Shown piece by piece: positions 27,946 to 35,995 of a stretch of 64,000 bases of DNA (within the stretch, counting starts at the first letter, position 1; every line of letters starts with the position of its first letter). The translations under genes were made by a program, and so were the position numbers. Origin of the DNA: a virus (Duplodnaviria; Caudoviricetes); IMG/VR virus record IMGVR_UViG_3300025889_000071; one strand, written 5' to 3'. Below the pieces are notes generated by a model. That model had not been told where the DNA came from and ran no database searches. It saw only the letters and a program-made list of their open reading frames with translations.

Positions 27946-28269
27946 ATGACTAATAGAGACTGGGAAGCAATGAATAGTCTTGAAGAAGCATTCAATCAAA
28001 TTACTACATTTGAGTTTCTTCTTGAGCAACTACAAGAAGCAGTAAATACCAATAACACTCAACGCATCGTTGATACTACTGCTGCATTGACGGCTTTTTA
28101 TACTCCTTATTGTAATAACTGGGATGATAAATTTACATCTGCATGGAATAAAATAATTCGAAATGAACCTAATTCATCTCATGACACTTCTTCAGCAGAT
28201 GAAAATACAACTGATAGGGATTGGGAAGACTTTTGGAATAGTTTCTGTGAAGAAAAATGCCAACCATGA
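27946..28269 (+). CDS. Hypothetical protein
   Basis: Start placed downstream of TTGCTA-N17-TATGAT (27895-27923). Confidence 0.6.
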   Translation: MTNRDWEAMNSLEEAFNQITTFEFLLEQLQEAVNTNNTQRIVDTTAALTAFYTPYCNNWDDKFTSAWNKIIRNEPNSSHDTSSADENTTDRDWEDFWNSFCEEKCQP

Positions 28270-28305
28270 AATTTGGTAATTAAATATATACTATTAAATT
28301 ATAAA

Positions 28306-28566
28306 ATGACTATGAATTTTTTAATTTATTCAAAGTTTGGTTGTCCATTCTGTGTAAAACTTAAAAGAGCAATGGAAATTGCAAATCTTCAACATAAAGT
28401 TTATATGCTAGATGAAAATTTTGACCGAAATGAATTCTATGCTAAATTTGGCCATGGTTCAACATTTCCACAAGTTGTATTGAATGTTGAAGGTCCTGAT
28501 GATGGAACTCGTTTAGGTGGATGTACAGAAACTATTCAGTATTTGAGAGAAAATAAACTAGTTTAA
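28306..28566 (+). CDS. Glutaredoxin (NrdC-like)
   Basis: CPFC active site, TFPQV, IGG-like LGGCTE. Confidence 0.9.
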   Translation: MTMNFLIYSKFGCPFCVKLKRAMEIANLQHKVYMLDENFDRNEFYAKFGHGSTFPQVVLNVEGPDDGTRLGGCTETIQYLRENKLV

Positions 28567-28571
28567 GATCA

Positions 28572-28919
28572 ATGGAAGAAGTTTACGATATCGTAGAAAA
28601 AGCAATTGATCATGCATTTAATGGTAAATTCTTACTTAAATTTTACGAGTATCTTAAAGAGAGAAAAACCAAAAGAGTGGAGGTAGTTGAATTTATTCAC
28701 AGTTCTACCGCACAAGAAATTACATCTCTTATATGTGAACTTGAAGAATATCTTGAAGGTGGTAGTGATTATAATCATAAATTCCTTCGTGAAGCATATG
28801 GACACATTCCAAAACCACAAGCAAGAAAGATAAAAGTTTATTTAAATGATATTATTGATGATGCAAAGAGGTATGACTATGATAGAAAGCCAGGAAGGAG
28901 AAAAAAGCAATCTAAATAA
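28572..28919 (+). CDS. Conserved cyanophage hypothetical protein
   Basis: REAYGHIPKPQARKIK..L..I..DA..Y. Confidence 0.75.
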   Translation: MEEVYDIVEKAIDHAFNGKFLLKFYEYLKERKTKRVEVVEFIHSSTAQEITSLICELEEYLEGGSDYNHKFLREAYGHIPKPQARKIKVYLNDIIDDAKRYDYDRKPGRRKKQSK

Positions 28920-29106
28920 TGATGAACTCGGGATTAACCGAGGAGTTGAGCTACTATTAAGAAAAAGGAGAAGAAAGGAATCTGAACCCAAAACTTTTGA
29001 AGTAAAGTTTGGTAAAATGATTGCTCTCTTCCGCAGAGAGTTTCATTTTTATTTTGAATTCAGTTTTGATTATAAGAAAAAATTCTCTGGAGAAAGGCAA
29101 TGTTAG
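28879..29106 (+). CDS. Hypothetical protein
   Basis: INRGVELLLRKRRR...KFGK...LFRREF; start uncertain. Confidence 0.6.
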   Translation: MIESQEGEKSNLNNDELGINRGVELLLRKRRRKESEPKTFEVKFGKMIALFRREFHFYFEFSFDYKKKFSGERQC

Positions 29107-29318
29107 CAGTAACTCTTACCATTAGTACTCTTGTTAGTATAATGTTCTTTTTTGTTGGTGGTATGCTAGGATGGCTAGCAAGAGAACATTTCTATCAGAC
29201 TCAACCAATTGTCACTCATCCAGAAATGTTTGATGAAAATGGCAATGTATTACCAGATGAAATTTTAGCAGTACGATTTGAAAACAGTTATGACAACTAC
29301 GAAGAAGAAGACGAGTAA
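29100..29318 (+). CDS. Conserved membrane-anchored hypothetical protein
   Basis: N-terminal TM helix, HPEMFDENGNVLPDEILAVRFEN. Confidence 0.75.
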   Translation: MLAVTLTISTLVSIMFFFVGGMLGWLAREHFYQTQPIVTHPEMFDENGNVLPDEILAVRFENSYDNYEEEDE

Positions 29319-29862
29319 GACAACTCAACCAATTGGAGCAATATTGCCTCCCAATCCATTTGTATATGAAGTTTTAGAACTGGCATCTAAACAAAGGTCA
29401 AGTGCTAAAAAAGTGGAGGTTCTTAAAACATATGAACACATTTCATTAAAGTCTATTTTTATTTGGAATTTTGATGAGACTGTAATTTCTGAACTTCCTG
29501 AAGGCGATGTTCCTTATGGTGATGCAGAAGACCAATCAGTGTATTCTGGATCTCTCTCTGAAAATTTGGCAAGAGAGGCCCGTGGTGGTGAATCTGCCAC
29601 TGGTCAAGACCTTGATGGAAGAGGTAAAACATCTCTTCGTAGAGAGTATCGAAATCTCTATCACTTTGTCAAAGGTGGTAATGGTGGGTTGAATCATATT
29701 CGTAGAGAGATGATGTTCATCAATCTTCTTCGTGGTCTTCATCCTAAAGAGGCTGAAGTTTTGATTTTGACCAAAGATAAAAGACTCTCCACAAAGTATA
29801 AAATTACAAAGGACATTGTTTCACAAGCATATCCTGATATTCAATGGGGAAACCGTTCTTGA
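29290..29862 (+). CDS. Conserved T4-like cyanophage hypothetical protein
   Basis: LPEGDVPY, SLRREYRNLYHF, RREMMFINLL.GLHP.EA. Confidence 0.8.
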   Translation: MTTTKKKTSKTTQPIGAILPPNPFVYEVLELASKQRSSAKKVEVLKTYEHISLKSIFIWNFDETVISELPEGDVPYGDAEDQSVYSGSLSENLAREARGGESATGQDLDGRGKTSLRREYRNLYHFVKGGNGGLNHIRREMMFINLLRGLHPKEAEVLILTKDKRLSTKYKITKDIVSQAYPDIQWGNRS

Positions 29863-29869
29863 TAATATT

Positions 29870-30220
29870 ATGACTGAACAAGTTGCAGAAAAGACAGAAG
29901 TTACTCAAGAATCTAAAATGGAGTCATGGACATCATCTGAAAAGGAAAATTCTAAAAAAGTATATGGTTGTGAAATTATGATTGAAAATGGAACTTGGGA
30001 ACAAGTTACCACTAAAGAATGTCCTAATGATGCCCATATTATAAAGTATGAAGTTGATGGTGAGACTCGATATGATTTAACTCGTAGTCAAAAAGTAGTC
30101 AATATCTTTAACATGTATTGGGATAAATTCCGTGATGGATTAAAGAGTATTGAATATGGTAAGGGTGCATATAACCCTAAACTATGGGGAGCCAAACCTC
30201 CCAAGGAGAAAAAGAAATGA
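29870..30220 (+). CDS. Conserved hypothetical protein
   Basis: YDLTRSQK.VNIF.MYWD...SIEYG.G..NPKLWG. Confidence 0.75.
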   Translation: MTEQVAEKTEVTQESKMESWTSSEKENSKKVYGCEIMIENGTWEQVTTKECPNDAHIIKYEVDGETRYDLTRSQKVVNIFNMYWDKFRDGLKSIEYGKGAYNPKLWGAKPPKEKKK

Positions 30221-30429
30221 GTGCTGGATTTGGTGGAAACCCTGGAGAGGGTAGAACAGGAAAGGATGCAAAAATTACAATTGATTTAGATGCAATTGAT
30301 GGTGTGGTTAAGAAGTATAAGAAAGTTAAAAAATACATGAAGTCAAATATGTATGCCGTGATGTCAATGGATGGAACTGAACAGATTGTTAAAGAGTTGA
30401 TTGAAGAAGCAGAGCAAAACGAAATTTAG
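30217..30429 (+). CDS. Hypothetical protein
   Basis: ATGA-coupled MSAGFGG... Confidence 0.7.
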   Translation: MSAGFGGNPGEGRTGKDAKITIDLDAIDGVVKKYKKVKKYMKSNMYAVMSMDGTEQIVKELIEEAEQNEI

Positions 30430-30495
30430 CTTTTAAATCCATTTTAGGGGGCAAAAAAATCTGGGGCTTTTTTGCTCCTATAAGGTTTTTAAACA

Positions 30496-30509
30496 GTATC
30501 AAATGATAC
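30496..30509. promoter_or_regulatory. NtcA-binding-site-like palindrome
   Basis: GTATCAAATGATAC = GTA-N8-TAC with extended GTATC/GATAC symmetry. Confidence 0.6.
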
Positions 30510-30522
30510 ACAACAAAAGTAC

Positions 30523-30551
30523 TTGACTAAATAAGGTATAAGGTCTATAAT
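30523..30551 (+). promoter_or_regulatory. Near-consensus sigma70 promoter for riboswitch transcript
   Basis: TTGACT (30523-28)-N17-TATAAT (30546-51); predicted TSS ~30558, 2 nt before the aptamer. Confidence 0.8.
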
Positions 30552-30559
30552 AGACCTGT

Positions 30560-30842
30560 CGTTCATCCAAGAGGCAGTCGCTGTGCACATAGCATAGAAA
30601 GACACATCTGGACGCAAGTAAGTCGCGGAACGGAGCGTTCATCCTATGATTGAGTTACTACTATTAGCTAATTTACATAGTCCTCCAAACATGACTTGTC
30701 AGCAAGTTAGAGAGGTGGCAGAAACCGTACTGGATTCTGATATGTCTCAACAAGATAAGCAAAGATTCTTATCTCGTTTGTTTGGACAGCATATGATGCT
30801 AAAGTGTCTTAAGAAATAGGACGCACACGACTGAAGGAACGG
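30560..30842 (+). ncRNA. Glutamine riboswitch (glnA-type aptamer) with greatly expanded P2 and P3
   Basis: P1 CGTTC (30560)/GAACG (30837); P2 TCC..GGA closing 41 nt; GCAAGTA junction; loop-E AGTA/GAA; P3 AGTCG (30621)/CGACT (30828); upstream of a YRG-motif peptide gene. Confidence 0.75.
30646..30819 (+). CDS. 57-aa ORF nested inside the riboswitch P3 loop
   Basis: MIELLLLANLHSPPNMTCQQVREVAETVLDSDMSQQDKQRFLSRLFGQHMMLKCLKK; GGAG at 30632-35; hydrophobic N-terminus. Confidence 0.6.
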   Translation: MIELLLLANLHSPPNMTCQQVREVAETVLDSDMSQQDKQRFLSRLFGQHMMLKCLKK

Positions 30843-30879
30843 GAGATTAAATTCACCCTAGTATTTCAGGAGAAACACA

Positions 30880-31047
30880 ATGAATACACTTCTCATGATC
30901 AAGAAGCAGATCGACAAAGCATCTGCACTTCACGACGCTCAAATTGCTCATACTGCATATCGTGGTGTTGAGTATAACGTATGTGGTCATGAACCACATG
31001 AGACTCACGGTACATTCTGCTATCGTGGTCATACTTATAACAAGTGA
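30880..31047 (+). CDS. DUF4278 / downstream-peptide-like protein (55 aa)
   Basis: MNTLLMIKKQIDKASALHDAQIAHTAYRGVEYNVCGHEPHETHGTFCYRGHTYNK, two YRGxxY motifs; AGGAG RBS. Confidence 0.8.
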   Translation: MNTLLMIKKQIDKASALHDAQIAHTAYRGVEYNVCGHEPHETHGTFCYRGHTYNK

Positions 31048-31070
31048 ATTACTTGTATTAGAATGCATAG

Positions 31071-31105
31071 GAGAGGTTGACTACCTCTCTTTTTTTGTCT
31101 ATAAT
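31071..31105 (+). terminator. Terminator whose top is a -35 box; overlapping promoter
   Basis: GAGAGGT-TGACT-ACCTCTC-T-tract; TTGACT (31077-82)-N17-TATAAT (31100-05). Confidence 0.75.
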
Positions 31106-31126
31106 TGTAGTAGTTGACTCCATTTC

Positions 31127-31300
31127 ATGGATAGAGATAAATTAAAACTCATCATCAAAAACATGGAACTCCTTCTCGATTCTTTGAAAGCAGAAGTGCT
31201 TTCTGAACCTGAATCGTACTTACAGGGAGAATACTTAAATTATCCACAAATTACTGACTATGATGAGGTATTTGATGATGACGATGGATACCCCGATTAA
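31127..31300 (+). CDS. Conserved hypothetical protein (57 aa)
   Basis: Manually read MDRDKLKLIIKNMELLLDSLKAEVLSEPESY...DYDEVFDDDDGYPD. Confidence 0.7.
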   Translation: MDRDKLKLIIKNMELLLDSLKAEVLSEPESYLQGEYLNYPQITDYDEVFDDDDGYPD

Positions 31301-31304
31301 AAGT

Positions 31305-31484
31305 ATGTACGAAGAATTAAATTGCTTCGAAGAAGCCCTTAAACATTTCGGAACTAGAGTAGAGTTTGCTATTGCTATGGAGATGGGTAGAAAACTGACT
31401 CCAGAAGAAGCATATCAAATTATCAAAACTGAACTAAAAGCATTAAAATCCTGTCGTAAGAAATTTAAAAAAGATGAATGTTAG
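31305..31484 (+). CDS. Conserved hypothetical protein
   Basis: MYEELNCFEEALKHFGTRVEFAIAMEMGRKL.PEEAYQ.IK. Confidence 0.7.
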   Translation: MYEELNCFEEALKHFGTRVEFAIAMEMGRKLTPEEAYQIIKTELKALKSCRKKFKKDEC

Positions 31485-32109
31485 ATTGATTAGTGTGACT
31501 CCTGATGCGGAGAAAACAATGGGTTATGTTGCTCGTGTGAGCAATCCCTCTAACCAAGAGAATCCTAAAGTTGCAGGACTTCTCAAATATTGTGTGAATC
31601 ACCAACACTGGTCTGTGTTTGAGCAGGCATTCATGACGCTTGAAATTGAGACTACCAGGGGACTGGCGGCCCAAATTTTGAGGCATCGTAGTTTCACATA
31701 TCAAGAGTTTTCCCAACGATATGCTGATTCTTCTCTGTTAGGTGGTACAATTCCTCTCCCAGAACTCCGTCGTCAAGACACCAAGAATCGTCAGAATTCT
31801 ATTGATGATGTTGACCCATTTATCGTGCAAAAATATGAGATGTTGATGCAAGACCATTTTAAAGAAGCAATGGACTTGTATCAAAAAATGCTTGATGAAG
31901 GTATTGCAAAGGAATGTGCTCGTTTCGTGTTACCCCTCGCAGTGCCCACAAAACTCTACATGTCAGGTTCATGCAGGTCATGGATCCATTATATCTCTTT
32001 GAGGTCGGCCAACGGCACACAGAAGGAGCACATGGACATTGCAGAGGCATGTAAAAAAATTTTTGTGGAGCAATTCCCGACTGTTGCTGAAGCACTAGAA
32101 TGGGTCTAA
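31474..32109 (+). CDS. thyX: FAD-dependent thymidylate synthase
   Basis: HWSVFEQA, ILRHRSFTYQEFSQRY (RHRxxSxxxxSxRY), ECARFVLP. Confidence 0.95.
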   Translation: MNVRLISVTPDAEKTMGYVARVSNPSNQENPKVAGLLKYCVNHQHWSVFEQAFMTLEIETTRGLAAQILRHRSFTYQEFSQRYADSSLLGGTIPLPELRRQDTKNRQNSIDDVDPFIVQKYEMLMQDHFKEAMDLYQKMLDEGIAKECARFVLPLAVPTKLYMSGSCRSWIHYISLRSANGTQKEHMDIAEACKKIFVEQFPTVAEALEWV

Positions 32110-32134
32110 ATATCTTTATCTTGAATTTATAACT

Positions 32135-32380
32135 ATGGCAACATATCCTGTTAAACACAAAGAAACTGGTGAAACCAAAGATGTAAAAATGAGCGTTCAT
32201 GATTGGGATCAGTGGCGTAAAGATAACCCAGATTGGGAAAGATACTATACTCCAGAAAATGCTCCCAACTTTGGTGAAGTTGGTGAAGTATATGATAAAC
32301 TCAAAAAATCTCATCCTGGTTGGAATGATGTTCTTCATAAAGCATCAAAAGTTCCAGGTTCAAAAGTAAAACCAGTCTAA
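32135..32380 (+). CDS. Conserved T4-like hypothetical protein
   Basis: MATYPVKHKETGE..., GWNDVL.KASKVPGS; late motif CTAAATA at 32106. Confidence 0.8.
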   Translation: MATYPVKHKETGETKDVKMSVHDWDQWRKDNPDWERYYTPENAPNFGEVGEVYDKLKKSHPGWNDVLHKASKVPGSKVKPV

Positions 32381-32385
32381 AGTTT

Positions 32386-33141
32386 ATGCCAAGAAGAAAA
32401 AAAGCATCTGATCAACCAATTGGTGTTGGGCTAACCGCAAAACAAATGAAGAGGAAAAAACCAATTAATCTCGATTTAATGCGAGATATTGAACCTCTCA
32501 CAGAAAATCAAAAAATTCTATTTGATTCATATGATGACGAAAAAAATATCGTAGCCTATGGTGCTGCTGGAACAGGAAAAACATTCATTACACTTTATAA
32601 TGCACTTCAAGATGTTCTAGATGAAACAACACCCTACGAAAAAATTTATATTGTAAGATCACTTGTTTCTACCCGTGAAATTGGGTTCCTTCCTGGAGAT
32701 CATGAAGACAAGTCCTCTCTGTATCAGATTCCATATAAAAACATGGCAAAGTACATGTTTGAAATGCCTACAGATGCTGACTTTGAGATGCTTTATGGTA
32801 ATCTCAAAACTCAAGGAACAATTAGTTTTTGGAGTACTTCATTCATTCGTGGAACCACATTGGATAGATGTATTGTAATCGTTGATGAATTTCAAAACTT
32901 GAATTTTCACGAACTTGATAGTATTATTACAAGAGTTGGTGAAAACACCAAAATTATGTTCTGTGGAGATGCCACTCAAAGTGATTTGATCAAACAAAAT
33001 GAAAGAAATGGTGTGGTCGATTTTATGAAAATTTTGAGAGCTATGCCATCTTTCAATGTTATTGAATTTGGTGTTGAGGACATTGTAAGGTCTGGTCTCT
33101 GTAAGGAATATCTACTAACAAAACTGCAAATGAATCTATGA
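32386..33141 (+). CDS. phoH: PhoH-like ATPase
   Basis: GAAGTGKT, IGFLPG, FIRGTTL, IVDEFQN, GDATQSD, IVRSGL. Confidence 0.95.
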   Translation: MPRRKKASDQPIGVGLTAKQMKRKKPINLDLMRDIEPLTENQKILFDSYDDEKNIVAYGAAGTGKTFITLYNALQDVLDETTPYEKIYIVRSLVSTREIGFLPGDHEDKSSLYQIPYKNMAKYMFEMPTDADFEMLYGNLKTQGTISFWSTSFIRGTTLDRCIVIVDEFQNLNFHELDSIITRVGENTKIMFCGDATQSDLIKQNERNGVVDFMKILRAMPSFNVIEFGVEDIVRSGLCKEYLLTKLQMNL

Positions 33142-33818
33142 ATTTTATTCATCATAATTATCTCGGTGAAATTGAACTTGAAAAAAAAGAAACTAATGGA
33201 ATGCGCCTATACCATCTTCCTGATGGTCAATGGGTGCCTTCTATTACATCAGTAACCTCTTTTTATAATCGACAAATTTTCGTAGAGTGGAGAAAACGAA
33301 TTGGTGTTGAAAAAGCAAATGCGATTACAAAAAAAGCAACTGCAAGAGGAACAGATTTTCACGAAGCAGCTCAGGCATATTTGATGAATTTGGAAATGGA
33401 CTGGAATGAGTTCATGCCAATGACTAAAATTATGTTCACTCATGCAAGACCCTATCTTGATAAGATAAATAATATACATGCCATTGAAAGAACGCTGTAT
33501 TCTAAATATCTTGGATTGGCAGGAAGAGTTGATTGTATTGCAGAATATGAGGGAGAACTTGCAGTAATCGACTTTAAGACATCTGATAAAATTAAACCAG
33601 AAAAGTGGATTGAAAACTATTTCGTGCAAGAAATGTTTTATGCATCTGCTTATTATGAGATGACTGGTATTCCTGTTAAAAAGTTAATTACTTTGATGGT
33701 CACTCCTGGTGGAGACGTAAAAGTATTTGACAAAAGAAACAAAGAGGATTATATTAGAATGCTAGTTCGGTATATTAAAGAATTTGTACATCACAATACT
33801 GGGTCAGATGGAGAATGA
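33138..33818 (+). CDS. PD-(D/E)xK exonuclease (RecB/Cas4-like; cyanophage exonuclease A)
   Basis: PSITSV, RGTDFHE, LAGRVDCIAEYEGELAVIDFKTS. Confidence 0.9.
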   Translation: MNFIHHNYLGEIELEKKETNGMRLYHLPDGQWVPSITSVTSFYNRQIFVEWRKRIGVEKANAITKKATARGTDFHEAAQAYLMNLEMDWNEFMPMTKIMFTHARPYLDKINNIHAIERTLYSKYLGLAGRVDCIAEYEGELAVIDFKTSDKIKPEKWIENYFVQEMFYASAYYEMTGIPVKKLITLMVTPGGDVKVFDKRNKEDYIRMLVRYIKEFVHHNTGSDGE

Positions 33819-34065
33819 ATTAGAAAAGGTTTTAGAGCAAAAGTTTTTTTGCCCATCCCGCTTTGCACAAGAAATAGAAAAAATTGTTCTTGAGCAGGAG
33901 AATGTGAGTTATATTGATGCAATTATTTATTTTTGTGATCAGAATAAAATAGAATTAGAATCAGTACCAAAACTAATTTCAAAACCACTTAAAGAAAAAA
34001 TTAAGTGTGAAGCAATCGAATTGAATTTCATGAAAAAAAATTCCAAAGCAAAACTTCCTCTTTAA
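33808..34065 (+). CDS. g33: Late-transcription coactivator gp33
   Basis: FAQEIEKIV, YIDAII.FCDQN.IE.ESVPKLISKPLKEKIK.EA..LNF. Confidence 0.85.
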   Translation: MENELEKVLEQKFFCPSRFAQEIEKIVLEQENVSYIDAIIYFCDQNKIELESVPKLISKPLKEKIKCEAIELNFMKKNSKAKLPL

Positions 34066-34066
34066 T

Positions 34067-34669
34067 ATGAAAGTGACTCCTTTCGAAACTTATAAGACGT
34101 ATTTGGCACTCAAAAATCATTTTTCGAAAGATAAGTATGATTATCATAAGTACTGTAAGAAAACGAGAGCTACCGTCCAATCGTTTTATAAGAGAAAAGA
34201 TAGATTCTGGTTTGAAAAAATATCCAGACAAAAAAGTGATAAAGAAATAGAACAATTTTTTGTTTCAAATTTTGTTGCTACCGACACCCCAGAAAATTTA
34301 TGGATTGGAGAGATTATCAATTCTGGCGAAAGAAATTACGTCGAATGGACAAAACGACATCAGAGTTTGACGTACTTGTTCAAAGAACAAAGCAGCGAAT
34401 TGTTCTTGGAAAACGAATTAGAGAGTGTTTTCGATTGTTCGAAAGGCCATCCTCCCATTCTAAAAAAGTTTTTAAGTGGAGAAATTTCAATCGAAACTCT
34501 GGTGATTTATGATAAAATATTTTCTTTCAAAAGCAAATTTGACAAGCAACTTTCAGACCCAGTGTGGGAAACCGTAAGTATGAAGATAAAAAAATATTCT
34601 TCTTTCATACATATAGATGTATTTCGTTATAAGAAAATTTTAAAACAAATTGTACTTGGAGAGGTATGA
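34067..34669 (+). CDS. g59: Helicase loader gp59
   Basis: YKTYLALKNHF..DKYDY.KY, F.KRKDRFWFEK, ISIETLVI.D. Confidence 0.9.
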   Translation: MKVTPFETYKTYLALKNHFSKDKYDYHKYCKKTRATVQSFYKRKDRFWFEKISRQKSDKEIEQFFVSNFVATDTPENLWIGEIINSGERNYVEWTKRHQSLTYLFKEQSSELFLENELESVFDCSKGHPPILKKFLSGEISIETLVIYDKIFSFKSKFDKQLSDPVWETVSMKIKKYSSFIHIDVFRYKKILKQIVLGEV

Positions 34670-35010
34670 GTTTTTTCGAGTCTAAAATGGTTCAAGATGA
34701 ATTAAAAAGCATCAATGACCTACAAGAAATTGTGTATGCAGGGATTTTTAAATTTCCTGCTATGGATCGTTCTGAAAAATTGAATCATATTAAAATGCTG
34801 GAAGAACTTTTAGAAAAACAAAAAGTTCTTTATATGAGATTGTCATTATCCGATGATCCTGATGCTAAATTGATGAAAGAAAGAATTCAAGAATCAGCCG
34901 CTCTTATGGGTATAACAAAAGGTGATGACATTGCAAGTCATCTGAATGGGATGTCCGAAGTTCTAGAAAAATTCAAGCAAACGCTTGACATTTCAGAGTC
35001 TGACGACTAA
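34666..35010 (+). CDS. DUF1825-like protein
   Basis: MSFFES..VQDEL..I..LQ, HI..LEELLEKQ...Y.RLSLSDDP.A. Confidence 0.65.
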   Translation: MSFFESKMVQDELKSINDLQEIVYAGIFKFPAMDRSEKLNHIKMLEELLEKQKVLYMRLSLSDDPDAKLMKERIQESAALMGITKGDDIASHLNGMSEVLEKFKQTLDISESDD

Positions 35011-35059
35011 AATAACGAAGTACACAAAAGCCAAATCTAAACAATCCGAGGTAATCCGA

Positions 35060-35995
35060 ATGTCATTCGCAAATCTTAAGAAGCAATCTTCTCTTGGTTC
35101 TCTCACTTCTAAACTTGTCAAAGAAGTTGAGAAAATGAACACTACTTCAGGTGGCGCTGATGAGCGTCTCTGGAAACCAGAAATGGATAAAAGTGGTAAT
35201 GGTTATGCAGTTATCCGTTTTCTTCCTGCACCTGATGGAGAAGAACTTCCTTGGGCAAAGATGTACTCTCATGCCTTTCAAGGCCCTGGTGGTTGGTACA
35301 TTGAGAACTCCCTGACCACTCTGGGTCAAAAAGATCCTGTTTCCGAGCACAATCGTGAACTCTGGAATAGTGGTAACGAAGCAGATAAAGATACTGTACG
35401 TAAGCAAAAGCGTAAACTTTCTTACTATGCTAACATCTATGTTGTAAAGGATGCTGCAAATCCTCACAATGAGGGTCAGGTCTTCCTTTATAAGTTTGGT
35501 AAGAAAATCTTCGACAAAATCATGGAAGCAATGCAACCTGAATTTGAAGATGAAACTCCTATCAATCCTTTCGACTTCTGGCAAGGTGCAAACTTCAAAC
35601 TGAAACTGAAGAAAGTTCAAGGTTACTGGAACTATGATTCTTCAGAGTTTGATCGTCCTGCTCCTCTGTTGGATGATGATGATGCACTTGAAGCTGTCTG
35701 GAAGAAGCAATATTCTCTGACTGCACTGACTGCTGCTGATCAGTTTAAGGACTATGATCAACTTGCAAAACGTCTTGCAATGGTTCTTGGTCAGAAGTCT
35801 CCTTCACGTCGTTATGATGAAGAAACTGATAATGAAGATACTGGTCGTGGTTCTTTCACTCCAGAATTTTCTTCTCGTCAGCAAAAGAGTGAACTTCCTG
35901 AAGAATTGAGCAATCAACTCAATAATATCTCATCTTCAAAAGATGAAGATGAGGATGATGCACTGTCTTATTTCCAAAAACTGGCAGAAAGTTAA
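35060..35995 (+). CDS. g32: Single-stranded DNA-binding protein gp32
   Basis: DERLWKP, GYAVIRFLP, HAFQGPGGWYIENSLTT, NPFDFWQGANFKLK, acidic tail ending LSYFQKLAES. Confidence 0.97.
   Translation: MSFANLKKQSSLGSLTSKLVKEVEKMNTTSGGADERLWKPEMDKSGNGYAVIRFLPAPDGEELPWAKMYSHAFQGPGGWYIENSLTTLGQKDPVSEHNRELWNSGNEADKDTVRKQKRKLSYYANIYVVKDAANPHNEGQVFLYKFGKKIFDKIMEAMQPEFEDETPINPFDFWQGANFKLKLKKVQGYWNYDSSEFDRPAPLLDDDDALEAVWKKQYSLTALTAADQFKDYDQLAKRLAMVLGQKSPSRRYDEETDNEDTGRGSFTPEFSSRQQKSELPEELSNQLNNISSSKDEDEDDALSYFQKLAES

Noticed and set aside
32340-32390. Pho box upstream of phoH
   Set aside because: No tandem PhoB/SphR-type direct repeat recognisable; phoH follows directly in an operon
33138-33818. Cas4-like nuclease suggesting a CRISPR system
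   Set aside because: No repeat-spacer array or other cas genes; this is the usual cyanomyovirus exonuclease beside phoH
35020-35062. Repeated AATCCGA in the gp32 leader as a novel element
   Set aside because: Only two short copies; best explained by the A-rich autogenous gp32 translational operator known from T4-like phages
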